Source: an uncultured Candidatus Rokubacteria bacterium
GTDB lineage: Bacteria > Methylomirabilota > Methylomirabilia > Rokubacteriales > DASRDR01
DNA: 64,000 nt
Reading direction: 5' to 3'
Assembly: GCA_963708025.1 (NCBI GenBank)
Contig: CAVPSB010000032.1
Span: forward strand, 224,001-288,000
Part shown: one piece after another, positions 47,188 to 59,196 of the stretch
Position numbering within the stretch: position 1 is the first letter of the stretch
Layout of the letters: each line of letters starts with the position of its first letter
Position numbers and translations under genes: made by a program
Notes under the pieces: model-generated
What the model was told of the DNA's origin: nothing
Database searches by the model: none
The model's input: the letters and a program-made list of their open reading frames with translations, nothing else

Positions 47188-48143
47188 AGCCGGATCCGCG
47201 GGTCGACGACCATGTACAGGAGGTCCGACAGGAGCGTGCCCACCACGGTCAGGGCCGCCCCGATGAAGTTGATGGCGATCACCACCGGGTAGTCGCGCCC
47301 GAGGACCGCTTCGAAGGCGAGCCGGCCGATCCCCGGCCACGCGAAGATCGTCTCGAAAATCACGCTCCCGCCGATGAGCCCCGGGAGAAGGAGTCCCAGC
47401 ATGGTCACGAACGGGAGGAGCCCGTTCCGGAGGGCGTGGCGGTACAGCACCGCATCCTCGTCGAGCCCCTTGGCCCGGGCGGTCCGCACGTAATCGGAGC
47501 CGATGACCTCCAGCATCTGGGAGCGCACGTACCGGGAGAGGTATGCCACCCCTCCGGTCACCCCCAGCGCCGAGGGCAGCGCCAGGTGCCACACCCGGTC
47601 CATCATCCCGGAGAAGAGCCCGGCCCCTTCTCGCCCGAACGTTCGAAGCCCGATCACGTCCACCTGAAACGTTTGCACGACGAAGAGGATGCCGAGGTAC
47701 GAGAGATAGAACCCGGGGATCGAGATCAGGGCGAAGACGACGACGGTCGTCATCCGGTCGAAGAGCGAGTTCCGGCGGATGGCGCTGGCGATTCCGAGCG
47801 GAAACGCGTAACACCAGACGAGGATCGTCCCCACCACGAAGAGGGGGAGGCTGTTCCAGGCGCGCTCCACGATCTTGCCGAGCACCGGCTGGTTGTCCTT
47901 GAACGAGCGCAGCTGGCCGGTGAAGAGCCGCTGGTAGAAGAGCCCGTACTGCACGTAGAGCGGCTTGTCCAGGTCGAAGGCGGCCCGGTAGCGGACGAGC
48001 TGCTCCCGGGTGAAGCGCGGGTTCATGGGGTCGATCTGGCTCGGCTGCCCCGGAGCCAGATGGATCACCCCGAACGACACGATCGAGATGATCACGAGGG
48101 TCAGGAGCTTCCGCCAGAGAGCCCGAGCGACGAACGTGAACAT
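47184..48143 (-). CDS. peptide ABC transporter permease (OppB/DppB)
   Basis: [20 protein letters not shown]. Confidence 0.95.
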   Translation of the reverse strand: MFTFVARALWRKLLTLVIISIVSFGVIHLAPGQPSQIDPMNPRFTREQLVRYRAAFDLDKPLYVQYGLFYQRLFTGQLRSFKDNQPVLGKIVERAWNSLPLFVVGTILVWCYAFPLGIASAIRRNSLFDRMTTVVVFALISIPGFYLSYLGILFVVQTFQVDVIGLRTFGREGAGLFSGMMDRVWHLALPSALGVTGGVAYLSRYVRSQMLEVIGSDYVRTARAKGLDEDAVLYRHALRNGLLPFVTMLGLLLPGLIGGSVIFETIFAWPGIGRLAFEAVLGRDYPVVIAINFIGAALTVVGTLLSDLLYMVVDPRIRL

Positions 48144-48169
48144 GGATCAGCGGGGCGACGGCCGGCGGA

Positions 48170-50300
48170 TCAACCCTGGCTGCGCTCGGGCCGGTAGGGC
48201 GGCAGCACGGGTACCGGCGTCTTGATCCACTCGTTGAAGTGGAAGCTGAGCTGGCCCAGCTTGTTCGGCGTGAACGCCAGATACCGGGGCTTCCCGTCGG
48301 GGCCTGGCACCATCCGGACGATCTTGGCGTCCATCAGCGCGAGCACCCGGCGGACGTACAGAAACGTGTAGGGCTGGTCCTCGGTGATCAGCCGGTGCAG
48401 CTCGCGAGCCATCTCGACCTGGCGTTGCTCGTCGTACTCGCGGCGGATGCGCACCATCAGCTCGTCGGCCCGCGGGTTCTTGTATCCGACGAAGTTGAGC
48501 TGGAAGTGCCCCGTCTGGCTCGAGTGGAAGATCTGGTAGAGATCGGCGTTCAGGTCCATGGACCAGCCCAGGACGACGGCGTCGAAGTCGCCTTTGTTGA
48601 CGCGCTGGTTGATGAACACCGCCCACTCGAGCGAGAGCGCCTCCACCTGCACGCCGAGCCGCCGCCAGGCGTTCTGGGCGATGACCATGATCGCCTGGCG
48701 CTCCTCGTTCCCCGAGTTCGTGATGATCGTGAACGCCAGTGGCGTCCCGTCCTTCTCGAGGATCCCCTGGCTGTTCCGCTTCCAGCCCGCCTCGGCCAGC
48801 AGCCGGGCGGCGCCGTCGGGGTCGTAGGGGAGGGGCTTCACCGAGGGATCGTAGTACTCGACCTGCTTCGGAAACGGACCGGTGATCGGCTCCCCCTCGC
48901 CGTAGAGCGCGTATCGGATGATCTCGTCGATGTTGATGGCCATGCCGAGTGCCCGGCGGACCCGCACGTCCTGGAAGATCGGCCGCCGCATGTTGTAGCC
49001 GATGTACGTGTAGCCGAGCCCCAGCCGCTGGGTCGTGTGGAAGCGGGGGTCGTTCCGCAGCCGGGCCACCTGGTGCGGCTGGGCGGCGTAGGCGTCGGCG
49101 GTGCCGGCGTAGAAGGCCAGCTCGGTGGTCAGCGTGTCGGGAATGATCCGGATGAGGTACTCCTTGAAGTTCGCCGGCCCTTCCCAGTACCCGTCGAAGC
49201 GCTCGAGCCGGATCGAGACGTCGGTCTTCCAGTCCACGAACCGGAACGGCCCGCTGCCGATCGGTCGCCGGTTGAAGCCTGAATCGCGGACGCCGAACTT
49301 GGCCGGATCCTTCCCGGCCGCGACCGCTTCCTCCCGGAGCTTCGTCGCGTTCAGCAGGTGCTCGGGCAGGATGCCCATCCCCCAGCTCTCGAAGCCGGGC
49401 TGGAAAAGCTCCTTGTAAGTCACCCGCACCGTGTACCGATCGACGGCCTCCACCGACTTCACCGGCTCGAAATCCGGAACCCGGGGGGAGAGGTTCCGCG
49501 GGTCCACGATCGTCTCGTAGGTGAAGCCCACGTCGGCCGCCGTGACCTCCACGCCGTCGTGGAAGCGGACGCCCGGACGGAGCTTGAAGACGATGACCGG
49601 GTTCGGCTCGGTGGCGGGCACCCGGCCCTGCCCCACCGCCCGGGCCAGCGTGGGATCCGGGGCCGTGACGAACCGGGCCGGGTCCAGCCCCTCCAGGCGC
49701 TTGACGTAGCCCCCCAGCACGCGGTCGAGCCCGGCGAAGAAGTCCTGGTCGACCTCCCGAAGCGTGAACTTGATGCGCGGCGGGCGCCGGATCGTCACCT
49801 CGACCGGAGCCGCCGGCTTGCCCTTCGCCTCGGCCGGGGGCGCCACGCGGTCGGTCACGGTCTCGGCCGGCACCACCTCCATCGTCTCGACGAGGCGGAG
49901 CGCCGGCGCCCCCGCCGCCTTGGCGGCGGTCAGCCGGTCCAGCAGGCCGCGGGCGGTGACCCGCGCGCCCTCACCCAGCGGGACCGACTCGTCGAACGAG
50001 CAGGTAGGCCTCCTCGGAGATCCGCCAGGACTCGGCCAGCCGCCCGCGGAACTTGAGGTCGAGGTCCCGGTCGATCAGCCCCTCGAAGACCAGGCCGTTC
50101 ACCTCGCTGGAGGCGGAGTCGGCCGAGAGCGTGGGATTCAGGATCGAGGCGTCGCCCGAGGAGGCGCTGATGTAACGGGTCAGCCGGCCCGGATCGCCCT
50201 TGGCCTGGTCCTTGAAGGTCGGCACCCAGAAATACGACTGGAGCAGCACCACGGTGACCAGCGTCGGCGCCGCAAGCAGCAACAGCTTGGTCGAGCGCAT
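48170..50300 (-). CDS. peptide ABC transporter substrate-binding protein with large N-terminal insert; frameshift near 49990
   Basis: LNP..SADSAS..FEGL..LAESW in the first frame; FKLRPGVRFHDG..TAADV, PIGSGPF in the second. Confidence 0.88.
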
Positions 50301-50384
50301 GGCTCAGTCGGGCCGGCGGGGCGCCGGGTTCTCAGGCGTCGGCGGCGATGCCTTCACGGTCTCTCGGACGGAGGACCTCCCCCG

Positions 50385-50690
50385 TCACTTCGGCGCCGGG
50401 GCTGGCGCGGCAGGGCCGGCCGGCGCCGCCGCCGGCGCGGTCGCGGGAACGACGGAGCTGTGACGCGACGAGAGGATCGCCAGCGAGAACGACGTCAGCA
50501 TGAAGAAGATCGCGACGGTGGTCGTGATCTTCCCCAGGATCGTCGGGGTCCCCATCGAGCCGAACACCGCCTGGCTCCCGCCGCCGCCGAAGGCGGAGCC
50601 GATGTCGGCGCCCTTGCCCGCCTGGAGGAGGACGATGGCGATGATCGCGAGACACATCAGCACGTGGACGATGACGATGGCGATGTACAC
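50385..50690 (-). CDS. secG: preprotein translocase subunit SecG
   Basis: VLLQAGKGADIGSAFGGG; follows tpiA. Confidence 0.96.
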   Translation of the reverse strand: MYIAIVIVHVLMCLAIIAIVLLQAGKGADIGSAFGGGGSQAVFGSMGTPTILGKITTTVAIFFMLTSFSLAILSSRHSSVVPATAPAAAPAGPAAPAPAPK

Positions 50691-50699
50691 GGGGTCTCC

Positions 50700-51488
50700 T
50701 TATCGGGTCGGGGCCGCGGCCCGCTTCTTCGCCTCGCGGAGGACCCGGACGATGGTGACGAAGTCGGCGGCTTTCAGGCTCGCCCCGCCGACCAGACCCC
50801 CGTCCAGCTCGACCTCGGCCATGAGGGCGGACAGGTTCTCGGGCTTGACACTGCCACCATAGAGGATCGGACAGGCGTCGGCCACGCCGTCGCCCGCCAG
50901 CTCGCGCAGGAGGCTCCGGATTCGCGCGTGGACCTCGCCGGCCTGGGCCGGCGTCGCCGTCTGCCCGGTCCCGATGGCCCACACCGGCTCGTAGGCGACC
51001 CAGCACGCCGCGATCTCGGCGGGGGTGAGCCCGGCCACGGCGCTCCGGAGCTGGCCGCTCACGACGGCCTCCGTCGTGCCCCCCGCGCGCTCGGCCGCCG
51101 TCTCCCCGACGCACACCACCGGGGTGAGCCCGTGGGCCAGCGCCCCGCGCACCTTCCGGTGCACGACCTCGTCGGTGTCGCCGAAGTACTGGCGGCGCTC
51201 CGAATGGCCCAGGATGACGACCCGGGCACCAGCGTCCGCGACCTGGACAGGAGAGATCGCGCCGGTGAAGGCGCCCTTGGCCTCCCAGTGCGCGTCCTGG
51301 GCGCCGGCCAGCAGGCCCGAGCCCGCCAGGACGCGGGCCACGGTGGCGAGCGCGGTGAACGGAGGGCACAGGACGACCTGGACGCCGTCCAGGCCGTGGC
51401 AGCCCTCGCGTACGGCCTGGGCCAGCGCGTGGGCCTCGGCCAGCGTGGTGTGCATCTTCCAGTTCCCGACCACCACCGGCTCCCGCAT
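50700..51488 (-). CDS. tpiA: triosephosphate isomerase
   Basis: GNWKM, GHSERR, AYEPVWAIGTG, YGGSV. Confidence 0.98.
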   Translation of the reverse strand: MREPVVVGNWKMHTTLAEAHALAQAVREGCHGLDGVQVVLCPPFTALATVARVLAGSGLLAGAQDAHWEAKGAFTGAISPVQVADAGARVVILGHSERRQYFGDTDEVVHRKVRGALAHGLTPVVCVGETAAERAGGTTEAVVSGQLRSAVAGLTPAEIAACWVAYEPVWAIGTGQTATPAQAGEVHARIRSLLRELAGDGVADACPILYGGSVKPENLSALMAEVELDGGLVGGASLKAADFVTIVRVLREAKKRAAAPTR

Positions 51489-51504
51489 CACGCGTTCCCC
51501 CCGA

Positions 51505-51680
51505 TGCCGGGCCGAGAACCGAGCAGCCCCCGTAGGCCGCAGGCCGTCCAGCCGACGCAGGGAGGAGGCGGGCCGAGACGTACGCCGCGATCGACCATCT
51601 GGTCGCGGCGCCTCGGGACGTCGCTCCCTTCCGGGAGGCCCGCCGGGATGATGAAGATGGCGAAGGTCATCGGCACGGCA
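51505..51680 (-). repeat. family B structured repeat copy 3 (diverged core)
   Basis: TGCCGGGCCGAGAACCGAGCAGCCC-module-GACGCAGGGAG ... GGTCATCGGCACGGCA. Confidence 0.75.
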
Positions 51681-52865
51681 TCACGCGTCGTCCAGCGCGG
51701 CCACGCCGGGCAGCGTCCGCCCTTCGAGGAATTCGAGGAAGGCGCCGCCACCGGTGGAGAGATACCCGATCCGCCGGGCGACGCCCGCCTGCTCGACGGC
51801 CGCCACCGTGTCTCCCCCGCCGACGACGGAGAGCCCGGGCGCCTCGGCGACCGCCCGCGCGACGCCGAGGGTGCCGGCCGCGAAGGGCGCCCGCTCGAAG
51901 ACGCCCATCGGGCCGTTCCACACCACCGTCCCGCCGTCCCGGATCGCCTCGCCGAACGCCGCCACCGTGCGGGGGCCGATGTCGAGGCCCATCCGGTCGG
52001 CCGGCATCGCGGTGACCGGGACGACCTCACCGGCGGTCGCCTCGACGGAGAGGGCGACGACGGAGTCCACCGGAAGCCGGATCTCGACACCGCGCGCCCG
52101 GGCCATCTCGGCGAGGCGGGCGGCGGCCGGGATCAGATCCGGCTCCAGGAGCGAGCGGCCCACCTCCCGGCCCTGTGCCTTGAGGAAAGTGAAGGCCATC
52201 CCGCCGCCGATCAGCAGCCGATCGACCTTGGTGAGGAGCGACTCGACGAGCTTCAGCTTGTCCGAGACCTTGGCCCCGCCCAGGATGGCGACCAGCGGGC
52301 GGGCCGGGGCGTCGAGGACCCGCCCCAGCGCCTCCAGCTCCTGCTTCATCAGCAACCCGGCGACGGCCGGGCGGAGAAAGCGCGTGATGCCCTCGGTCGA
52401 GGCGTGGGCCCGGTGGGCGGCGGCGAACGCGTCGTTGACGTAGACGTCGCCAAGCGCGGCCAGCGCCCGGGCGAAGGCCGGATCGTTCGCCTCCTCGCCG
52501 GCGTGGAAGCGGAGGTTCTCGAGCAGCAGGAGCCCGCCCGGAGTCAGGTCGCGGACCTGCGCCTCCACGGCGGGGCCGACGCAGTCGAGGGCGAGCGGCA
52601 CCTCGACGCCGACGAGCTGCCCGAGCCGGACCGCCACCGGGCGGAGCGAGTACCGGGGATCGGGCCCGCCCTTGGGCCGCCCGAAGTGGGAGGCGAGGGC
52701 GATCCGGGCGCCGGCCTTCCGGGCGCGGTCGATCGTCGGCAGCACGCCGCGGATGCGGGAGTCCTCGGCGACCTCGCCCGCCCGCGTCAACGGGACGTTG
52801 AAGTCGACGCGCAGGAAGACGCGGCGACCGGCCAGGTCCACGTCCTCGATGGTGCGCTTCTTCAC
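51681..52865 (-). CDS. pgk: phosphoglycerate kinase
   Basis: RVDFNVP, SHFGRP, LENLRF, STGGGA. Confidence 0.98.
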   Translation of the reverse strand: MKKRTIEDVDLAGRRVFLRVDFNVPLTRAGEVAEDSRIRGVLPTIDRARKAGARIALASHFGRPKGGPDPRYSLRPVAVRLGQLVGVEVPLALDCVGPAVEAQVRDLTPGGLLLLENLRFHAGEEANDPAFARALAALGDVYVNDAFAAAHRAHASTEGITRFLRPAVAGLLMKQELEALGRVLDAPARPLVAILGGAKVSDKLKLVESLLTKVDRLLIGGGMAFTFLKAQGREVGRSLLEPDLIPAAARLAEMARARGVEIRLPVDSVVALSVEATAGEVVPVTAMPADRMGLDIGPRTVAAFGEAIRDGGTVVWNGPMGVFERAPFAAGTLGVARAVAEAPGLSVVGGGDTVAAVEQAGVARRIGYLSTGGGAFLEFLEGRTLPGVAALDDA

Positions 52866-52866
52866 G

Positions 52867-54112
<1,246 letters not shown>

Positions 54113-54149
54113 CGTCGGCGTGCGCTCGCCGTGGGCCTCCGATCCCGCA

Positions 54150-54923
54150 TCAGGGATCGGCGACGCGGGCGAGGACGAGCACCCCGACCGACGCCGCCCC
54201 CGCGTCCCGGAGCGCCCGCGCCGCCGCCCGCGCGGTGGCCCCGGTGGTCAGGACGTCGTCGACGAGGAGGAGATGGCGCCCCACAACCTCGGCCGGGCGC
54301 CGCACCGCGAAGGCCCCGGCCACGTTCTCGCGGCGAGCGGCGGCGTCCAGGTCGGTCTGGGGGCGGGTCGGCCGGACGCGTACCAGGGCCCGGGTCAGGA
54401 GCGGTCGCCCCCAGGCGGCCGCGCAGGGGGCCGCGAGCAGCGCGGCCTGGTTGAACCCGCGCTCGGCCAGCCGGGCGGGATGAAGGGGCACGGGAACGAG
54501 GGCGTCGAGCACCGGCGGGAGGCCGACCGCATCGCCGAGCAGGCGCCCGCCCCGATCGGCGAGCAGCGCGGCCAGGGGAGCGGCCACCGCCGTCCGTCCC
54601 CGGTACTTCAGCGCGTGGATCGCGGCCCGCATGCCGTCCCGGTAGGCGGCTACCGCCCGGGCCCGGTCGAACGGCGGCGGCTGCCGGCGGCACGCGTCAC
54701 AGGCGAGTGGCGCCGGCAGCCCGACGAAGTAGCGGCCGCAGACCCGACAGCCGGGCTCCGTCAGGAGCGGCAGGTCCGCCCAGCAGGCCGCGCAGAAGGG
54801 ACGATGGCGCGGGTCGTCGGAACGCGCCTGACAGACCGGGCAGATGGCGGGGAAGAGGAGGCCGAGCACCGGGTCGAGCCACGGCGGGAGGCGACGGGAG
54901 AGCGGCAGCGTTCCCGAGTTCAC
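54150..54923 (-). CDS. comF: ComF family protein
   Basis: Double Zn ribbon, VPVPLH..RGFNQA, LLVDDVLTTGAT. Confidence 0.93.
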   Translation of the reverse strand: MNSGTLPLSRRLPPWLDPVLGLLFPAICPVCQARSDDPRHRPFCAACWADLPLLTEPGCRVCGRYFVGLPAPLACDACRRQPPPFDRARAVAAYRDGMRAAIHALKYRGRTAVAAPLAALLADRGGRLLGDAVGLPPVLDALVPVPLHPARLAERGFNQAALLAAPCAAAWGRPLLTRALVRVRPTRPQTDLDAAARRENVAGAFAVRRPAEVVGRHLLLVDDVLTTGATARAAARALRDAGAASVGVLVLARVADP

Positions 54924-54988
54924 GGGAGTGCGGGGCGGCCGATGACCCGAGAGGCCTGATCGGCGCGGGCGCCGGCGGGGTGGCCGGC

Positions 54989-55360
54989 CTAACCGGTCGC
55001 GGCCTTCTCCTCCTGCTCGATGGCCCGCTGGCAGCCGATGCAGTGGCGCGCGAATGGCAGCGCCTCCAGCCGTTTCTCGGCGATCGGCTCGCCGCACCGC
55101 TCGCACTCTCCGAAGCCGCCCTCGTCGAGCTTGCGCAGCGCGGTCACGACTTCCTTGAGGAGCCGGCGGTCGCCATTTCCCAGCTCGAAGAGGAACTCGC
55201 GGGTGTACGCGGTCGTGGCCTGGTCACCGAGATCCTTGATCGAGTCGTCTTCCTGGCCCTTCCCGTACAGCGCGCTCCGGCCGACCTCGTCCTCGAGCTG
55301 GCGACGCTTGTCGATGAGCGCTTTGCGGAAGTGAGCCAGCCGATCCTTCTTGATTTTCAT
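54989..55360 (-). CDS. DksA/TraR C4 zinc-finger protein
   Basis: DLGDQA tip, CERC...RLEALP.ARHCIGC. Confidence 0.93.
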   Translation of the reverse strand: MKIKKDRLAHFRKALIDKRRQLEDEVGRSALYGKGQEDDSIKDLGDQATTAYTREFLFELGNGDRRLLKEVVTALRKLDEGGFGECERCGEPIAEKRLEALPFARHCIGCQRAIEQEEKAATG

Positions 55361-55626
55361 GCGTCGGAGCCTCCCTTCGGGCGACGCTTGGCGAATCGAG
55401 TAGTCGGAAGTTAGCATGGGTCCCCAGGGGTGTCTAGCCGGAAAAAACGGATTCGCCCCGTCCCGGACAGGAGTCGCGATGGTCAACGCCGACGCGGCCG
55501 ATCAGGGGCCGGAACGTCCGCTCGATAGCGTGAGCGGTGCTTCGATCGACAGCTCGGGCGCATCGCCCCACCGCCGCTCAGGCGGCAAGTCAGGCTCTCG
55601 CGGGCAGGAACACGCGCGCCACCACG

Positions 55627-56355
55627 TCAGGGGGCGGCGACCCGATAGCGCGCCTCGACGGTGATCACGACCTCGAGCTGACCGGCCTCGACGGGACCGG
55701 GGGCAGCGGTGCCGAAGGCTCGGCCCGCCATGTAGGAGATCCGCGGCTCGGGCCCGGCTCCGCCCTCGGTCAGCGAAAGCAGTGGACCCAGTCCCACGCC
55801 GGCGGCCTCGGCAAGCTGGCGCGCGCGGGCGGCGGCGTCCCGGACCGCCCGAGCGCGAGCCTCCGCCTCCGCCGCCGCCGGTTCGCCGAGCGTGAAGTGG
55901 AGCGCGCGCACCACATTGGCCCCGGCCGCGACCGTGGCGTCCAGGATGGTGCCGACACCGTCGAGGCGGCGGACCCGCAGTTCCACGACGTTGACCACGT
56001 GGTAGCCGACGATCCGGGGAGGCTGCTGATCCCGCTGGGGGCTCATCACCGGCTCCACGGTGTACGTCACGGTCCGGATGTCACGCTCCTCCAAACCCAT
56101 CTCCCGGACTCGCGCCAGCACGGCGGTCGTCCGGCGGGCGACCTCGGCGCTCGCGTCGGCCAGGAGCGGCGCCCGCGCCTCGGCGCCGACCTGGACCAGC
56201 GCGGTGTCCGGAGGCACGGACACCCGGCCGGTGCCGGTCACGGTGATTCCGGTCGGTCGCCGGTCCGGCCCGCCTATCCGGCCGGGCCCACCCGCGCACC
56301 CGACGGCGACCACGGTGACACACGCCAGGCCAGCCACCAGAGCTCGTCGAGTCAT
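55627..56355 (-). CDS. SIMPL (DUF541) domain lipoprotein
   Basis: Lipobox-like VAVGC, ITVTGTG.VSVPPD, A.DA.ARA..LA. Confidence 0.9.
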   Translation of the reverse strand: MTRRALVAGLACVTVVAVGCAGGPGRIGGPDRRPTGITVTGTGRVSVPPDTALVQVGAEARAPLLADASAEVARRTTAVLARVREMGLEERDIRTVTYTVEPVMSPQRDQQPPRIVGYHVVNVVELRVRRLDGVGTILDATVAAGANVVRALHFTLGEPAAAEAEARARAVRDAAARARQLAEAAGVGLGPLLSLTEGGAGPEPRISYMAGRAFGTAAPGPVEAGQLEVVITVEARYRVAAP

Positions 56356-56383
56356 GCGCTACCTCCGGGGCCTCGGTTCGGGA

Positions 56384-56445
56384 CCTCCCGCCTACCCGAT
56401 CCTTCGACGGCCTTCGGCCTTTGGCCCCCTCCCCACCCCATTCCT
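56384..56445 (-). repeat. family C repeat carrying one 20-bp module
   Basis: CCTCCCGCCTACCC (as at 30505) + GACGGCCTTCGGCCTTTGG + CCCCCTCCCCACCCC. Confidence 0.75.
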
Positions 56446-56454
56446 CACACGCTC

Positions 56455-57171
56455 TCAGGCCGGCGGGCCGACCGTCAACCGCTCGTGGAGGGCGGTCAGC
56501 ATCTCGTCGACCGCGGCGCCCGCCCAGATGCGAAAGAAGGGCGAGCGCTGCAGCTCGACGAACTCGCCGTCGCCGCGCCGGCGCGTCTCCTCCGGGCTCT
56601 CCCCGGGCCGCGCCGCCAGCATGTGGCCCCGGATCCGGTCCTTGTGGTAGATCGCCGGGTACTCGGTGTAGTGGTACAGGTACCGGAGATCCCGCGTGTA
56701 GAAAACGGCGACCGGGATCGACTGCCACGTCTGCCCGTTCTTCTCGTTCAGGAACTCCGCCATGATGTCGGCGTTGCTGTCGGGCGCCTCGGCCAGGCTC
56801 GGCCGATCGCTCGCGCTGAAGCGCCGGCCGTCCCGCCGGAAGATCCGCAGCTCCCAGCCCGCCGCCTCCGCCATCCGGGCGAGCGCCGGCACGTCGCGCC
56901 GACAGTCGGACGACCACTCCTCGGAGATGGCCAGGATCTTCGCCGGCCCGTCGGGCCGGCTGGCCAGCCAGCGGAGCGCCGCCACCTGGGGCTCGGACAG
57001 GCGCGTCGCGTCGTACCACGCGCGGACCTCGGCGGTGCGGTCCGGACGCGGCGCCCCACCGCCAGACGCCTCGCGCGCCAGGTTCTCCGGCGTCCCGAGC
57101 GAGGCCAGGTACTGCTCGAACGTCATGCCGGAGGCGAACCGTCCCGGCGTCACCACGCTCTGTCGCGTCAT
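56455..57171 (-). CDS. thioredoxin-fold protein (Thioredoxin_9-like, SxxC)
   Basis: ILAISEEWSSDCRRDVP..L, RD, SIPV cis-Pro loop. Confidence 0.8.
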   Translation of the reverse strand: MTRQSVVTPGRFASGMTFEQYLASLGTPENLAREASGGGAPRPDRTAEVRAWYDATRLSEPQVAALRWLASRPDGPAKILAISEEWSSDCRRDVPALARMAEAAGWELRIFRRDGRRFSASDRPSLAEAPDSNADIMAEFLNEKNGQTWQSIPVAVFYTRDLRYLYHYTEYPAIYHKDRIRGHMLAARPGESPEETRRRGDGEFVELQRSPFFRIWAGAAVDEMLTALHERLTVGPPA

Positions 57172-57217
57172 GTGGGCCCTCCGTGAGGATTCGCCGGCGA
57201 TCCGGCGTCCCGTCCGC

Positions 57218-57550
57218 CTACGCGGCGGGGCGGCGGCGCTCGGCGCCGTCCGCGATGTCCCGGAGCGCCTCGCCGATCGCCGGGTCGGCGTAGGTGCCAT
57301 AGGCGTTGACCAGCACGCCCCGACTGCCGTCGGCGGCCTCGATCGCGTACGCCACGGACATGTCGCCGGGGTCCGACGCCCCCTCGAAGCGGTGGTGCTC
57401 GACGATCGTCAGCTCGTGAGCCCCGTAGATCCGGCCACCGTCCGGGAGGCGGAGCCCCCGGCCCGCGGGCTCGAAGCTCTGCCCGAAGCCCCGGCGGCGC
57501 AGGTCCTCGAGCGTGGCGGCCAGCGTGCGCGACTCGGTGGGATAGGTCAT
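57218..57550 (-). CDS. conserved hypothetical protein
   Basis: HRFEGASDPGD.S..YAIE...G.LVNAYG motif of a small widespread family; function unknown. Confidence 0.8.
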   Translation of the reverse strand: MTYPTESRTLAATLEDLRRRGFGQSFEPAGRGLRLPDGGRIYGAHELTIVEHHRFEGASDPGDMSVAYAIEAADGSRGVLVNAYGTYADPAIGEALRDIADGAERRRPAA

Positions 57551-57603
57551 GGTGGTCCTCCGTCTCCCATTGTGCCCGAGCCGGAAGGTCGGCGCCCGCG
57601 GCA

Positions 57604-58437
57604 TCAGCGGATCCGGGCGTAGTACTCCACGCGGCGCTCGAGGTAGCCGACCGCCTCCGACACCGCGAAGGCGAAGGCGAAGACGACGAGCACCAGGGCC
57701 CAGAACTCCTCCATCAGGAAGTACTGGGAGTACAGCTCGAACAGCTCGCCCACCCCGATGATGGCGACCAGGAGCTGGCCGATGACGACGCCCTTCACCC
57801 CCCGGATCGCGCCGAGGCGGACCCCGGCCAGCATCTCGGGGAGCGCGCTCCACAGGAGCACCTTGGAGTAGAGCTGATGGCGGCGGGCGCCGAAGGACCG
57901 GGCCATCTCGACGAGCGACCGGTCGGCCCGCTCCACGCCGACCCGGGTGTCGAGCACGATCACGAAGACGGCGAAGAGGAAGACGGTCACGACGACGGTC
58001 GTCTCGCCGATGCCGAGCACGGCCATGAGCATCGGCACCAGGGCCGAGACCGGCGCGCTGACGAAGACGTTGACCCACACCCCGAGGACTCGGGCCAGGC
58101 CAGCCATGCGGGCCATCAGCACCCCGAGCGGAATCCCGACCAGCAGTGCCAGCCCCATCCCGAGGGCGAACGAGCGGAGCGAGACGAGGGCGGCCGCCGC
58201 GAACTTCCCGGTGACCACGATCGCCATTCCCGAGGTCAGCACGCGGGAGATGGGCGGCACGATGCTGGAGAGCCCGGCCCACCCGACCGCCTCCCAGACG
58301 AGGAACCAGACCGCCAGCGAGGCCGCCGCCGGCAACCGTACGCTGTGCCCGACGCCCCGGGGCTCCGGCTCCCCCCTCCCCCCCGGTGGGTGGGGGAGGG
58401 GGGTTGGGGGGGTAGGCGGGAGGTTACGATCAGACAT
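57604..58437 (-). CDS. NitT/TauT ABC transporter permease
   Basis: Six TM segments, EMARSFGA EAA loop; ATG overlaps the ATPase stop. Confidence 0.9.
   Translation of the reverse strand: MSDRNLPPTPPTPLPHPPGGRGEPEPRGVGHSVRLPAAASLAVWFLVWEAVGWAGLSSIVPPISRVLTSGMAIVVTGKFAAAALVSLRSFALGMGLALLVGIPLGVLMARMAGLARVLGVWVNVFVSAPVSALVPMLMAVLGIGETTVVVTVFLFAVFVIVLDTRVGVERADRSLVEMARSFGARRHQLYSKVLLWSALPEMLAGVRLGAIRGVKGVVIGQLLVAIIGVGELFELYSQYFLMEEFWALVLVVFAFAFAVSEAVGYLERRVEYYARIR
58350..58423 (+). repeat. family C repeat inside permease 5' end
   Basis: Reverse complement of 30504-30570. Confidence 0.9.
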
Positions 58438-59194
58438 ATTGCCGGAGGATCTGCCAGATCTCGTCCACGGCGTCGAGGTAGTTCTTGTCGCGCCGGATCT
58501 CGTCGGCGCTCCGCCCGGCGCGCTCGATCCCCGGCTGGACCACCCGGGACACCGATCCGGGCCGCGCCGAGAGGAGGACCACCCGCTCCGACAGGTAGAC
58601 CGCCTCCTCGATGCTGTGAGTCACGAAGAGCACCGTCGTCTGCCGGTCCCGCAAGAGGACCAGCAAGTCCTCCTGGAACTTGCGCCGCGTCTGCTCGTCC
58701 ACCGACGAGAACGGCTCGTCCATCAGGATGATCTCGGCGTCCACCGCCAGCGCCCGGGCGAGACCGACGCGCTGCCGCATGCCGCCGGAGAGCTGGTGCG
58801 GATAGCTCGCCTCGAATCCGGCCAGGCCGACCTCCGCGATCCGCTGCCGGGCGACCGCCTCCCGCGCCTGACGGGCCACCCTCCGCAACTCGAGGCCGAA
58901 CGCGACGTTCCGCAGCACGGTGGCCCACGGGAGGAGCGCGAAGTCCTGGAACACGAAGGCCCGCTCCGGCCCCGGGCCCGAGACCGCCCGGCCTCCCACC
59001 CGGACCTCGCCGGTGGTCGGCTGGACGAGGCCGCCGATGATCTTGAGCAGCGTGGTCTTCCCGCAGCCGCTCGGCCCGAGGATCGCCGTGAGCCGGGCCC
59101 GGGGGAACGCCAGCGTCACGTCGCGGAGCGCCTCCACCCCGGTCTCGTAGGTCTTGCCAATGCCCCGGACCTCGACGATCCCGTCGTCGGCCAT
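58430..59194 (-). CDS. NitT/TauT ABC transporter ATPase
   Basis: GPSGCGKT, LSGGMRQR, MDEPF, VTH. Confidence 0.95.
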   Translation of the reverse strand: MADDGIVEVRGIGKTYETGVEALRDVTLAFPRARLTAILGPSGCGKTTLLKIIGGLVQPTTGEVRVGGRAVSGPGPERAFVFQDFALLPWATVLRNVAFGLELRRVARQAREAVARQRIAEVGLAGFEASYPHQLSGGMRQRVGLARALAVDAEIILMDEPFSSVDEQTRRKFQEDLLVLLRDRQTTVLFVTHSIEEAVYLSERVVLLSARPGSVSRVVQPGIERAGRSADEIRRDKNYLDAVDEIWQILRQYV

Positions 59195-59196
59195 CG

